Assembly: GCA_002269645.1 (NCBI GenBank)
Contig: NIVC01000920.1
Location: forward strand, 310,001-374,000
Origin: Macrostomum lignano
Taxonomy: Eukaryota
Reading direction: 5' to 3'
DNA length: 64,000 bases
Positions 25,679-38,306 of this stretch are shown here, in pieces (position 1 is the stretch's first letter; every line of letters begins with the position of its first letter). The notes under the pieces were generated by a model. That model saw only the letters and a program-made list of their open reading frames with translations. It was not told the DNA's origin and did not search any database. A program made the position numbers and the translations under genes.

Positions 25679-26531
25679 CCAATCAGAGAGAGCAAGAGAG
25701 AGAGAGGGGGATAGAGCTGAATAGCGACCCGCTTTGTTTTCTACCCCTAACCCTAACATTCTTTTTCTAGTCTAACCCTCAGCTATGCGTACATTTGGCG
25801 TACAAGCCTGCTGCACCACCACCTCACTGAAACTCTAACCCACACGAAAAGTTTAAAACTGAGTTTTGACTGAGTTACACTTTATTAACTCTTATTTATT
25901 GATAATTTACTTGACCTAATAAGCATATAACTAATTATAATTATAACTATTTTTCACCTAATTATACCGACTGCACGGATGGTTTTATTGGCTCGCTCTT
26001 ATCGCTGAGTTTTGATTATCAAATCAAATAGATTCAATGGTAATTACTCCATTATTATTTCGTTTTTATAATTAAAGATCTACTATGAGACCCCCAAATT
26101 TGGCAGATGGGACTTCCATTCTTAACAAAAGCCATTGTGAATATATCAATATGGTTTTTCCTGTCTATACATTTACTTATCGTCTGTTATGACTGCAGTT
26201 TAATTGACTGTAAATAATTATTTGCGTGCCTTTGAATACGAGCTGAGAATAATTGATTAAAGCATATTTTAGCTTGACAAGCCTGTCTTTGATAGGGCTA
26301 GAATTTTGTGTTATTTTATTTCGGATATTATAATGAAACACCTGCGTTAACCTGCACAAATAATTATAAAATTATCTTTTTAACCTACACCAACGTTTGT
26401 GTTTCGCTTTATTTTATTCCTGCATACCTTCCTTCTGGTTGCATCATGCATCCGGTTTGATGCATGGCGTTTGCTGACATGACTGGTTATTACTGCACCG
26501 TGCACGATCCTCGTACTAACGGGAATAAAAA

Positions 26532-26867
<336 letters not shown>

Positions 26868-27519
26868 TCAATTTCTTCCATTAACTCAAGAAGTTGGGCT
26901 GACTTTCTCTAAATTTGGGCTGACATCTGAGCCTCTATTTAGAGACGCTCGTAGTCCGCCTGCCTGTCTGTCTTTCTTTCGGCAGCGCAGTGCAGCTTTC
27001 ATCATACAGCCCCCTTCTGTCCGCTTCCATTCAGCTGGACCACGGGCTTTGTGTCGGGCCCGGGGCGCGCCACTGCCACTGCCCAGGAGTCGCCGCAGCC
27101 TCCTCTTTATGGTTTGCCCAAGGCCTCGGCTTCCCAAAACAGCTTTTGTTGTTAGTAGGCCTCCATGGCAGTGGCTTTCAACTTTTCCCCGTTTCCCAAT
27201 CCTGTCCGCCCTACCTTGTCGCAGATTCTGCGTGCCCAACTGCGCCTCAACTGGCTTTGAAAAACTCTTTCTGGGATTTCTGGGCTGATGTTCGGGCCGC
27301 TTGGCTGCTTGGCTGGGTTGAACCAACAGCCGAAATTGACGACGTAATTTCGTGCGTTTATTTTTAACTCGGAAACGGCATCAGCTGGCCGACCGGCTAA
27401 TCTCAAACAAAAACAGAGAAAAGATGGCGATAGAGAAATTTAAAAGAATGCAGATTAAAGGATCTGAAGGATTTGTTGGGGAAAGAAAGTTCTGGATAAA
27501 CTTATGACTGGAAGGGGTG

Positions 27520-30500
27520 TGTAGTAACTGAGTCAGAGGCCGTGTTTGCTGTGTAGCCAAACTCTTACAAATCTCGCCGCGCTGGGCACGCGTCTATATA
27601 TTATGGAGTTAGAATTGGGGTGGCGGTACCCACCCCACTCCGCAGCCAATCAGACTGCCCGGGCGTACCATACTGTGCGTACGCACACTACATCTCTCCC
27701 CTTTCGAATAGAGACTGAGAAAGAAGAAAATCGATTTAAACGTAACTCGAAAATACAAAGTTCGAAAGATTCACCGATGATGCGCATTGAAAATGGAGAT
27801 TAAAATATTGAGGAAATAAAATATTTGAATTGAATGCAGCAAAAACGTAAAAAAACTTCAGTCCGCATATTACGGAAAAGAAAGCCAGTTAATTTCGGTC
27901 ATTGCAGGATTTCAAATTCAGTCCTTGTAGATTTTCACGCCCGCCCGAGCAGCGCGGGGGTGCGGGCGCAGCGCCACGGGGGAGGCGGGTGGATCTCGGG
28001 CCGCCTCGCCCGAAGCTCTCGGTGCAGCGGTCTGCGTCTGGGCGCCGGCGTCGGCCAAGTCGGGGCTGACGACTTTGACCGCCGTGCAGTGCCGCCAGCA
28101 GGTCGTGCCGTCCCGGCGTAGCAGCAGCGAGTTGCCGGCCACCCGCTGGACTGTCCAGGCACCGCTCTCGAATGGCGTCTGCGTCTTGCTGGCACCGACC
28201 CGCCGTCGTAGCACCGAGTCGCCGACCTGGACGTCGTGCCGCCGTGGTCGCCTTTTTGCGTCCGCGTGCTGCTTCATCGCCGCCTTGGCGCCAGCGTCGG
28301 CTTCTCTCAGCCGCTGCTCGTTGATGCGGACTCGCTGGGACGGCCGGGCGGCGGGGATGATGTCGTTTGGCCGCCGGCCCATCAGCAGCTCGGCTGGTGC
28401 GCGCCCGGTGGCCGTGTGCGGCGTGTTCCTGTAGGCCAGCAGCCACTCGTCCAGAGCGGCCCTCCAGTCCCGCCGCTCCTCGATGGCTGCTCGCACGACT
28501 TTGTTGATGGAGCGGTTCAGTCGCTCTGTCATGCCGTTGGCCGCTGGGTAGTAGGGCGTGATGAGGCGGTGCTTGATCCCGTAGCTCGCCAGGAACCGGC
28601 CGAACTCCTTGGACGAGAAAGGTGGTCCATTATCTGTCACGAGCTCCTGTGGGATCCCGAAGCGGGCGAACATCTCTCGCAGGCGGGGAATCAATGCCTC
28701 GGCCGTCGTCGTCTGCATGAGCTGCACCTCCGGAAACCTTGAGTAGCGGTCCACGCACACCAGCAGCATGTTGTTGTTGATGGGTCCCACGAAATCGGCG
28801 CCGATCGACAGCCAGGCGCCCGCGGGGATCGGCGTCGGCTGCAGAGGCGTGGCCCGGACGGCTGGCGTGTGCGACGTGACGGCGCAGCTGCGGCATCGAC
28901 TGACGAATTCCTCCGCTTGAGTTGCCATCCTCGGCCACCATACCTTCGTGCAGAGTCTGGCGATCGTCTTCTGCGAGCACTGGTGCCCTTGATGCGCTAA
29001 TTCGAGCATCTGCTGCCGCAGATCAGCTGGCACGACGATTCGGTGGTGTCGAAGGAGGACCCCGTCAACCGCAGACAGCTCCTCTCGCAGCGCGTGGAGC
29101 GAGCGCATCTCGGGGTTGGAGCGATCCCACCGACCGCCTTGCGTCGCCGCTATCGCCGCCCGGATGACTGTGTCGCTGGCAGAGCTCTTGCGGATGTCTT
29201 GGAGTGTCAGCGCCATCGGCACAGCCGCCTGCGCTACCTCGTTGATGTAGGCCTCCCTCCGCTGCTCGCCAAAACTTCCGTCGTGCTCGCTTAGGGGCTG
29301 CCTGCTGAGTACATCTGCAGCATTGGAGGCTCCCGGCTGATACTCGACCTTGAACACTAGGTGCTGGATCCTCAGCGCCATTCGCTCGACTCGTGGAGGC
29401 GGGCGCGACACAGGCGCGAACATGGCCGTCAGCGGCTTGTGATCAGAGACCACTGTGAACTGGGGCGATCCATGCAGGTAGTACTCAAACTTCAGGCAGC
29501 CGAACTTCACGGCGAGTGCCTCTTTCTCGGTCTGCGAATATCGCCGCTCGACATCGGAGAGGGTCCGGCTGGCGTATGCGACCGGCCTCGAGCTGCCGTC
29601 GCGCTGCACCTGCGCCAGGATGGCGCCCAGTCCGGTCGGCCCCGCGTCCACAATCAGCTGCGTGTGTAGCCGCTTGTCGTAAAAAGCCAGCGTTGTCGGC
29701 TCCGCGATGCTGCGCTTCAGCTGCTCAAAGGCGCTGGCCTGGTCGGCGCCCCACTGCCAGTCGACGGTCTTCCTGGTCAGGCGCCGCAGCGGCTCCGCCA
29801 CCTTGGCCAGCTGTGGCGTGAACACGGCGAGGTAGTTCACGAGGCCTAGGAATGAGCGAAGCTGCCCAATCGACTCGGGCTCCTTGAAGTCTTGAACGGC
29901 GGCGACCTTGCTCTCCGTGGCCTGGACCCCTTCCGCCGTGAGCCGCATTCCCATGAACTCGATGCTGCTGCGCGCCAGTCGGCATTTCCGAGCGTTCAGC
30001 GTGATGCCATGCTGCGCCAGGCGGGCCAGACATGCCTCGAGGCTGCTGTTGTGCTCCGCCATCGTGCGGCCGAACACGACCACGTCGTCGTGGATCCATT
30101 TGACGTTGGGCAGGCCAGCCAGCACTCGACTCATCACATTCTGCAGGATCTCCTGGGAGGTGGACAGGCCCATGCACAGCCGGGTGAGACGGCGAAGCCC
30201 GCGAGGCGTCGAGAATGTTAGCAGGTTGCGGCATTTCTCGGCGACAGGCACCTGGTAGAACGCCTTCGCGATGTCCAGCTCTGAGAACACAGTGCTGCCA
30301 GCCATGTCCCCGGTCACCTCCTCGAAAGTCGGAATCTGGTGTCGCTCGCGGATGACAAAGCGGTTGACATCGCGGAGGTCCTGCGTGATGCGCACCTCGC
30401 CCGGCTCCTTCTTGGGCACGACGACCATCCGCGCGACCCACGGCGCCGGGCCGTCGACGGGCTCAATGATCCCGAGCTGCTCTAACAACTGCAGTTCCTT

Positions 30501-32127
30501 GTCCACCGCGTCTGCCAGGTGGATCGGCACCTTCGAAGGCGCATGGCAGACCGGGCGGGCGCTGTCGGTGAGGTGGATGTCGGCAGGCGGCCCGGTGAAG
30601 CAGCCGATTCCGCTGAACACGCTGGCGTGCTTGCGCAGCACCCTGCCGATGTCCTCGACGTGTCCTTGAGGCACTCCGCTGGATCTCGTGCCGCTGAGAA
30701 GGCCATCGACCGCCGCCTCCGCTTCAGCGACCTGCAGCACCTGCTGTCCGGCTGTCGGTGGTGGCCCGACCCGCAGGATGTCCATCTGAGTGGCCGTCTG
30801 CCTGCCGATGATGGTGATGCCTCTCCCTTCGACGACGTGGAACGTGGCGACTGCCTGCCGGCCGAAAATGCGGACGTCCATCGCCGCCTTGCCCAGCAGC
30901 TGCATCGGCCTGTCCGACCCGTACGCGAACAGCCTGTCCGAGGTGGTCTGCAGGTGCGGCCGCTGTCTCAGACTCTCGAACGTGGCTTGGTTGATCACAT
31001 TTCGAGCCGCACCGCTGTCGATCAACACCGACAGTCTGGAGCCGTTGATCTCGGCTATTGTGTGGGCCGACTGCTCACCCTGATCGACCTCGAACACGCC
31101 GGAGTCCGGGTGGTCCACCTTCTGGTAGCTGGTCTCGCCTTGCAGCGTTGCGACGGCGTTGGCGCCGCTCTGCGGGGCGCCCTGCTTGGACCTGCAGGCT
31201 CGCGCGAAGTGGCCCGGCTTCCCGCACTTTCTGCAGCTCTTGCCCTGCGCTGCGGTGCACGTGGGGTGCCCTGGCCTGCCGCAGCGATCGCACGATACGT
31301 GCTGCGTTGGTGTCTGCGGCATCTGTGGCTTCTGGTCTCTTCTGACTGCTGCGAGCTGCTGCGGTTCCCCTGGTCTGTCGCTCTCCATCGCGGTGGCCTG
31401 CTGCTCCGCGGCTTCTTTCGCCCTCGCCTTTTTGAGCACATCTGCCAGGGAGATATTGTTGGTCTGCAAGAAGTCTCTCCTGAGTCTCTCAGATTCGCAG
31501 TAGGCGACGATTTTGTCACGGATCAGCGAGTCTCTGAGGGTCCCGAACTCACACTGCTCCGCCGCCTTGCGCAGACGCTGATACCACTGGTCGATCTGCT
31601 CGCCAGGCTGCTGTCTGCAGGTCTCAAACTTGAAACGCAGGAACACAATGTTATTCTTCCCGTCCCAGAACGCCTGGATGTTTTTCGCGAGGCTGCTGTA
31701 GTCCTCTCCAGAGGCGATCTCGTTCTCTTCGACTACAGCCTGCAGCTCCTCTCCTGCGGCGTACAGCAGCAGCTGCTGCCCTCGAGTCTTGTCGGTGATT
31801 CCAGCTGCATTGATGTACGTGGCGAAGCGACGAGTCCATGCAGTCCAGCGCTGTGCTGTGGAGTGGCAGTCGCTATCGATTGTAAACGGCCCGGGTGGCG
31901 CGAGTGAAATTTGCTGAGTCATGATTTTTAAAGGTTCAGTTCTTGCGACGCCATTGTAGTAACTGAGTCAGAGGCCGTGTTTGCTGTGTAGCCAAACTCT
32001 TACAAATCTCGCCGCGCTGGGCACGCGTCTATATATTATGGAGTTAGAATTGGGGTGGCGGTACCCACCCCACTCCGCAGCCAATCAGACTGCCCGGGCG
32101 TACCATACTGTGCGTACGCACACTACA
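27520..32127 (-). mobile_element. Full-length Ty3/gypsy LTR retrotransposon (Mag-like)
   Basis: TG...CA LTRs at 27520-27692 and 31955-32127 (173 bp, identical by eye); TSD GGGTG on both sides; PBS TGGCGTCGCAAGAAC next to the 5' LTR; PPT AGGGGAGAGA next to the 3' LTR. Confidence 0.97.
27918..31922 (-). CDS. Gag-Pol polyprotein (CCHC knuckles, protease, RT, RNase H, integrase)
   Basis: CDRCGRPGH..CRKCGKPGHFARAC; LIDSGA; ELDIAKAFYQV, WIHDD; DAGPTGLGAIL..PVAYASR..YSQTEKEALA; HHCC plus D(FVGP)..DNG..ER. The PR-RT-RH-IN order indicates gypsy. Confidence 0.97.
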   Translation of the reverse strand: MTQQISLAPPGPFTIDSDCHSTAQRWTAWTRRFATYINAAGITDKTRGQQLLLYAAGEELQAVVEENEIASGEDYSSLAKNIQAFWDGKNNIVFLRFKFETCRQQPGEQIDQWYQRLRKAAEQCEFGTLRDSLIRDKIVAYCESERLRRDFLQTNNISLADVLKKARAKEAAEQQATAMESDRPGEPQQLAAVRRDQKPQMPQTPTQHVSCDRCGRPGHPTCTAAQGKSCRKCGKPGHFARACRSKQGAPQSGANAVATLQGETSYQKVDHPDSGVFEVDQGEQSAHTIAEINGSRLSVLIDSGAARNVINQATFESLRQRPHLQTTSDRLFAYGSDRPMQLLGKAAMDVRIFGRQAVATFHVVEGRGITIIGRQTATQMDILRVGPPPTAGQQVLQVAEAEAAVDGLLSGTRSSGVPQGHVEDIGRVLRKHASVFSGIGCFTGPPADIHLTDSARPVCHAPSKVPIHLADAVDKELQLLEQLGIIEPVDGPAPWVARMVVVPKKEPGEVRITQDLRDVNRFVIRERHQIPTFEEVTGDMAGSTVFSELDIAKAFYQVPVAEKCRNLLTFSTPRGLRRLTRLCMGLSTSQEILQNVMSRVLAGLPNVKWIHDDVVVFGRTMAEHNSSLEACLARLAQHGITLNARKCRLARSSIEFMGMRLTAEGVQATESKVAAVQDFKEPESIGQLRSFLGLVNYLAVFTPQLAKVAEPLRRLTRKTVDWQWGADQASAFEQLKRSIAEPTTLAFYDKRLHTQLIVDAGPTGLGAILAQVQRDGSSRPVAYASRTLSDVERRYSQTEKEALAVKFGCLKFEYYLHGSPQFTVVSDHKPLTAMFAPVSRPPPRVERMALRIQHLVFKVEYQPGASNAADVLSRQPLSEHDGSFGEQRREAYINEVAQAAVPMALTLQDIRKSSASDTVIRAAIAATQGGRWDRSNPEMRSLHALREELSAVDGVLLRHHRIVVPADLRQQMLELAHQGHQCSQKTIARLCTKVWWPRMATQAEEFVSRCRSCAVTSHTPAVRATPLQPTPIPAGAWLSIGADFVGPINNNMLLVCVDRYSRFPEVQLMQTTTAEALIPRLREMFARFGIPQELVTDNGPPFSSKEFGRFLASYGIKHRLITPYYPAANGMTERLNRSINKVVRAAIEERRDWRAALDEWLLAYRNTPHTATGRAPAELLMGRRPNDIIPAARPSQRVRINEQRLREADAGAKAAMKQHADAKRRPRRHDVQVGDSVLRRRVGASKTQTPFESGAWTVQRVAGNSLLLRRDGTTCWRHCTAVKVVSPDLADAGAQTQTAAPRASGEAARDPPASPVALRPHPRAARAGVKIYKD

Positions 32128-32149
32128 GGGTGCAGAGAAACATATGGGT

Positions 32150-33290
32150 AGCGGAGATGGATGCAGGGACGGGAGATGGATGCAGGGAGGGGAGATGGAT
32201 GCAGGGAGGGGAGACGGATGCAGGGAGGGGAAATTGATGCAGGGAGGAGAGATGGATGCAGGGAGGGGAGATGGATGCAGAGAGGGGAGATGGATGCAGG
32301 GAGGGGAGATTGATGCAGGGAGGAGAGATGGATGCAGGGAGGGGAGATGGATGTAGGGAGGGGAGATGGATGCAGGGAGGGGAGATGGATGCAGAGAGGG
32401 GAGATGGATGCAGGGAGGGGAGATGGATGCAGGGAGGGGAGACGGATGCAGAGAGGGGAGATGGATGCAGGGAGGGGAGATGGATGCAGGGAGGGGAGAT
32501 GGATGCAGGGAGGGGAGACGGATGCAGGGAGGGGAGATTGATGCAGGGAGGAGAGATGGATGCAGGGAGGGGAGATGGATGCAGGGAGGGGAGATGGATG
32601 CAGGGAGGGGAGATGGATGCAGGGAGGGGAGATGGATGCAGAGAGGGGAGATGGATGCAGGGAGGGGAGATGGATGCAGGGAGGGGAGATGGATGCAGGG
32701 AGGGGAGATGGATGCAGAGAGGGGAGATGGATGCAGGGAGGGGAGATTGATGCAGGGAGGAGAGATGGATGCAGGGAGGGGAGATGGATGCAGGGAGGGG
32801 AGATGGATGCAGGGAGGGGAGATGGATGCAGAGAGGGGAGATGGATGCAGGGAGGGGAGATGGATGCAGGGAGGGGAGATGGATGCAGAGAGGGGAGATG
32901 GATGCAGGGAGGGGAGATGGATGCAGGGAGGGGAGATGGATGCAGGGAGAGGAGATGGATGCAGGGAGGGGAGACGGATGCAGGGAGGGGAAATTGATGC
33001 AGAGAGGGGAGATTGATGCAGGGAGGGGAAATTGATGCAGGGAGGGGAGATGGATGCAGGGAGGGGAGACGGATGCAGGGAGGGGAGATTGATGCAGGGA
33101 GGGGAGACGGATGCAGGGAGGGGAGATGGATGCAGGGAGGGGAGACGGATGCAGGGAGGGGAGATTGATGCAGGGAGGGGAGACGGATGCAGGGAGGGGA
33201 GATGGATGCAGGGAGGGGAGATGGATGCAGGGAGGGGAGATGGATGCAGGGAGGGGAGATGGATGCAGGGAGGGGAGATGGATGTAGGAA
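32150..33290. repeat. ~19-bp purine-rich minisatellite (GGGGAGATGGATGCAGGGA)
   Basis: About 60 tandem copies visible. Confidence 0.97.
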
Positions 33291-34061
33291 AAGATGGATG
33301 TATGGGCACAAGAGCAGCGTGTACGAGGCAAAAGCTCTAGCTAATGAGAGCCCTGCACGATCATGCAGCCAAGTGATTTTGTTTCCAAGAAAGCAACAGA
33401 ACAAAGCATCAGAACCTCTTGGCGCCCGCTGCCACCAACTGTGCCATTGCGTGCGACCTGCGCGCGTCAAAGTTTGCAATTAAAACTTTCTGGAGGAGCG
33501 AGCTATCCTCTGCCACTAGGCGGATGGCAGAGGTCGAGCCCCCAGCCTCTTTCGGGACACTAACCTGAAACCCGTCAGTTTGCGGCGCAGCTGAGCGGAA
33601 CCTAATGATGGCGAGGGTGACGGGCCGGGGGGCTCTCGGCTCCGTCATTTTCTGCGGCCGATTTCCCCGGATCCCTTTGGGTTTCTCCTCTCTCGGCGGC
33701 CAGGATTTCTTCTATTAGCGAACTTTTACCGATCGCTTCGCTCGGCCGCTTTTGCTTTGCCTTACCTTATGCCGTCTGGCGGCTCTGCTTCGAGAAGAAG
33801 AGGGTTGGGGGTTGGGTGCTCTCTAAAAAAGTTAAAGATTTCGCATGTCAACTCGTCTGAATGACTTTGGCCAACCTTGAATGACTGGCTGGCTGGGAGA
33901 AAGCAGGGCTCAAGTCAGAGCTGATGTCAAAAAATCACCCATGCATCAGCTGCTGGGATGACTCAAGCATGAGAAGTGGCCCAACTCTTCAGCTTCACCT
34001 GCATCTTCCCTGGCTTCTCAACTTGCTTAGATATTTATGTGTGAATTGCTCAGTACACTAC

Positions 34062-34720
<659 letters not shown>

Positions 34721-36546
34721 ACTATTTATTTAAGGTCCAAAGGTGATCAGCTGAGGTGCCGGAACCGACCAGTTCTGGTGGAAGCGCCCCAGGCTTAATT
34801 CGGTTCCCATTTAACGGACAAACAGACCTCATATTATATGTGCAATACATTTTTATAACTTTACTTGTAAAAATAAAAGAGTTACGTAAATATTCTCGCC
34901 AGAGCTGCTGCTTCGAGTAGCAGAACAGTTTCAGACAGACTGAATCGCTTGTACTTTATAATATATGCTTCATACTGGACTGCCCTTTGTTTTCATCATC
35001 AATTCATTTCCTAAAAGCAGCAACCAGAAGCACGCCGGTTGTGTGCTTCGCCGTTCTCTCAAGTGCTGCCCGAAATTAATTCAGCATTCAAAAACTCTGA
35101 GAAGAGTTGGCCGCCAGATTTTGACTCAGAAGAACATGCAGCCACACACACCCAAATAATTGATCTCCACTTGTGGGCGAGGCTGGTCTCTCTCCCAGAT
35201 TTCCTACAGCTTTCGCTGAGCGATGCAATCTTTAAATAGGGAAATTGTGTGTGTGAGAGAGAGAGAGGAGAGATGGAGCTTTATGGCCTGGAGACTGAAA
35301 TCTGGCAGACCGGTCCTGAGTTCATCGATAACGTTTTATTGAATGCGCTGGCCTCCAGCAGCTGCTCTCTCCTGCTGTGCAGCTCTTGAGGGCACTTGAG
35401 GATCGGGCCGTGCGTGGGGGGGGGGGGTAGCTATGAGACTAGTAGGGGTGGCAAAGAAGACTCTTGGCCAAGTATTTCTAATTGGTTACATGTAACTCAA
35501 AGGTTTACTGCTGGCTTCATTTATTGATTAATTTTAATCAACGATGATTTCCTGTTCATTTCTGTTCTGTTAGGCTCCATGCAAGCTCATGACGTGCTAA
35601 AATATGTCTCTATTTTTAACCGAGAAACTGTTTTATAAGCCATACTGAGCTGCCAATTAATTGTCATTCTGGTTTTATTGAATGCTACTCCCTTCAAGCT
35701 GAAGCTAAAAGGTCACTCAGACACTGCCTGGCTCAAACGCAAGAATTAAAGCGATTCCAATGGACTGGAGAGTTCTAAGTCAGAAAGTGCCTCCGAGAGT
35801 CCGTTCCCCTGTGGCTCGACCTCCCCCCCCCCCATGTTCCAGCAAGGCGACCTTTGAGCCACTCGAGCGAGTCCGTCACCTATGATTTGATCAGGCAAAT
35901 CATAACTGGATTATGGGACTCAACTGGGCCGTGCTGGGAGACGCCAACGTGGGGCAGTCTGAAGGATTGACTTTCCCGGACTCGAAATCGGCGGTCTCAA
36001 AGTCTCGGCTTGAGCTGCCCATCGGTCTTCGTTCAAGTGCCGCTTAAGGTGTGCGAGAGAATAATGGAGAATAATGACGATTCTTCAATGAGTCAGTTGA
36101 GGCCCTCTTCTAAGCTTACTTTCCCAGACGGCTGAGTTGCGCCACTGTCGGAGAACTTGAGCAGTTCTCTGCAATCTGACTGTCGGTTGTCTGGTTAAAA
36201 AATTTCTGAAACCTTGACCCCCGGATTTTGTACTTCAGTGTTTTTTGGGACACTTTGATCCCGAGTTAATTGGGAAAATAAACTGGCAAATACTGCCTCC
36301 AGAAGCCTGTGTGGAGCGACGAATCAGTGGGGGGCGCCACGGTCCCCTACATCCAAGGCTACAGAGCTTCGAGCCTTGCTCAAGGATGCCTAGCTGGACA
36401 CTGTCTTGGCTTTAGCCTTCTAAACCACTGAAGCGTTTTCGCCATTTGCTCTTCTTAAAGCAATGTTGAAATTTTAGCTGGGGAAAAGTTTTAGGTCTTG
36501 AATTTATTTGGCACGCAAAGTCCCGATCATCTAGCTGTCTGTGTAT

Positions 36547-36549
36547 CTA

Positions 36550-36599
<50 letters not shown>
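36547..36599. repeat. (TC)n microsatellite
   Basis: Directly visible. Confidence 0.95.
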
Positions 36600-36602
<3 letters not shown>

Positions 36603-37469
36603 GCTTCTTTCAGTACCGAGAGCCGGGTTTGACTTTTTCACAGTCTTCAAAGCAAGTCTTTTCGTTATTTTCTCGCTTCGCTGCGCCGGCAACTTTGAAA
36701 GGAGAAACGGCGGCTCTCTTTCTTTTCGAGGGGAAGAACCGAAAAATCGTGCTGATCCAGTCTGACCAATTCCAGCCCGTAACACTCTGGATATGCTACT
36801 TGAAGTTGAAAGTAGCAATGTGAGCAAAGTAGCAACCAGACATTATCTACGATAAATGATGCTTGTTACAAGAACTGATGTTGCATGCCTGACTTGCAAG
36901 TAAATCTACGTACGGCAGGTAGAGCTCATTAGTTGGTTCGACATCAGTTTGAATGCAGTGCAGGTGAATGCTGAGTTGAAAGGAATTCCTGAATTACAAT
37001 TCAGCCCCCCAATAGCTATCCTTAGATAGAAAGCGAATAAAATTTCCAACAAGACAGGCTGCCCCTATTTCTCTCGGGTTCCCTAGTCAGGGAATAATGA
37101 GCCCTGTTCCACCTTAGCTGCTCTACGTCATAAGCTAAAGGATTTTCCTCAGACAATATGAGAAGAGATGAGGTTTTTAAATGAATAGAGAGTATAGAGG
37201 AGACTCGTGCTGCATGGGGGGACGGCCTGACTTTGCTTGGCTTCCAAGTCGCGTAATATTGGATGAAAATGCTGCACAGATCTGCTGTGCAGGCTATCGG
37301 AACAGATCTATATAAGAGTGCACCTGTTTGCACCTATCACTACTCCTACGATCGTAATTATAGGTTGGTAATCAAGTTGCATCCAGTTTTGAGTTCGCCT
37401 GCACTCAAACTGCTTGACTATTCTTTGTCTAGTGATTTCAACACAGAAAGTGTGAGCTTTTAGAAGAAA

Positions 37470-37471
<2 letters not shown>

Positions 37472-37500
<29 letters not shown>

Positions 37501-37668
37501 TGTATGTATGTATGTATGTATGTATGTATGTATGTATGTACCAGGGGTATGTATGTATGTATGTATGCATGTATGTATGTATGTATGTATGTATGTATGT
37601 ATGTATGTATGTATGTATGTATGTATGTATGTATGTATGTATGTATGCATGTATGTATGTATGTATGT
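37472..37668. repeat. (TATG)n microsatellite
   Basis: Directly visible. Confidence 0.97.
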
Positions 37669-38059
37669 ATTTGTATTATGTATTATGTATTTATTATATA
37701 TAATCTATCTATCTGAACTACAATTACGAATTAGAAACTAAAAAAACTATAAATTTAATATAATACTACACCTTAAGCTAAAATGTACTAAAAATTAATT
37801 CACTGTTCTCCATCTGAAGTCCATCATGAATCCCCTTAAAAATGTTTCACGATGGAAGGGGCTTCATAAATCAACGAGTGTTGCCTGATTGTCCGAAATG
37901 CTCCCAGATCTATTAATAGCTGCATGGCCTCCCCGCTCTCAGCTGCCGCAAGAGCATCACGGAAGTGACGGTTCCCTGTCGACTTTTTAGCGGCTTTTTA
38001 GCTAAATTTGTTATACCGTTAGACCAAGCCGCTGTGAGGCACCGACCGCATGCAAGGCT

Positions 38060-38306
38060 GCTGGCTATAAGTGCAGTCAGCCAATGAGAGCCACCTGAGT
38101 AGGCGGTTCCCTTATTATTTCTTTTCCAAGCAGTCAGGCCAGACGATAGGGCGAGAAGAGAGGGAGACTCATGCCGGATCCGTGATGCGCGCGGAAGATA
38201 TTAATTGTGCCGATAAGTACTAGCCACTCTTGGCTTTGTTGACTCGCGAGACCGGTCGTTTCCTCGCCCAACAGGACTTTTGCGGAGAAGCGTTCAAAGC
38301 AAAACT
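38060..38306 (+). promoter_or_regulatory. Candidate promoter and non-coding first exon of the Di-Ras gene
   Basis: CpG-rich, TATAA and CCAAT near 38066-38085, GTGAGT donor at 38307; the Di-Ras ATG is preceded by a TTTTAATTTCAG acceptor (which could instead be a trans-splice site). Confidence 0.35.

Noticed and set aside
26886-27410. Coding exon or TE fragment left of the LTR
   Set aside because: Several overlapping short ORFs, none with a recognisable domain; cannot be supported.
27693-27917. env-like third ORF in the gypsy element
   Set aside because: Only ~225 bp of AT-rich sequence between the pol stop and the PPT.
28075-31907. Antisense and overlapping ORFs within gag-pol (e.g. 462 aa at 30519-31907)
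   Set aside because: Expected from GC-rich codon usage on the opposite strand; no motifs.
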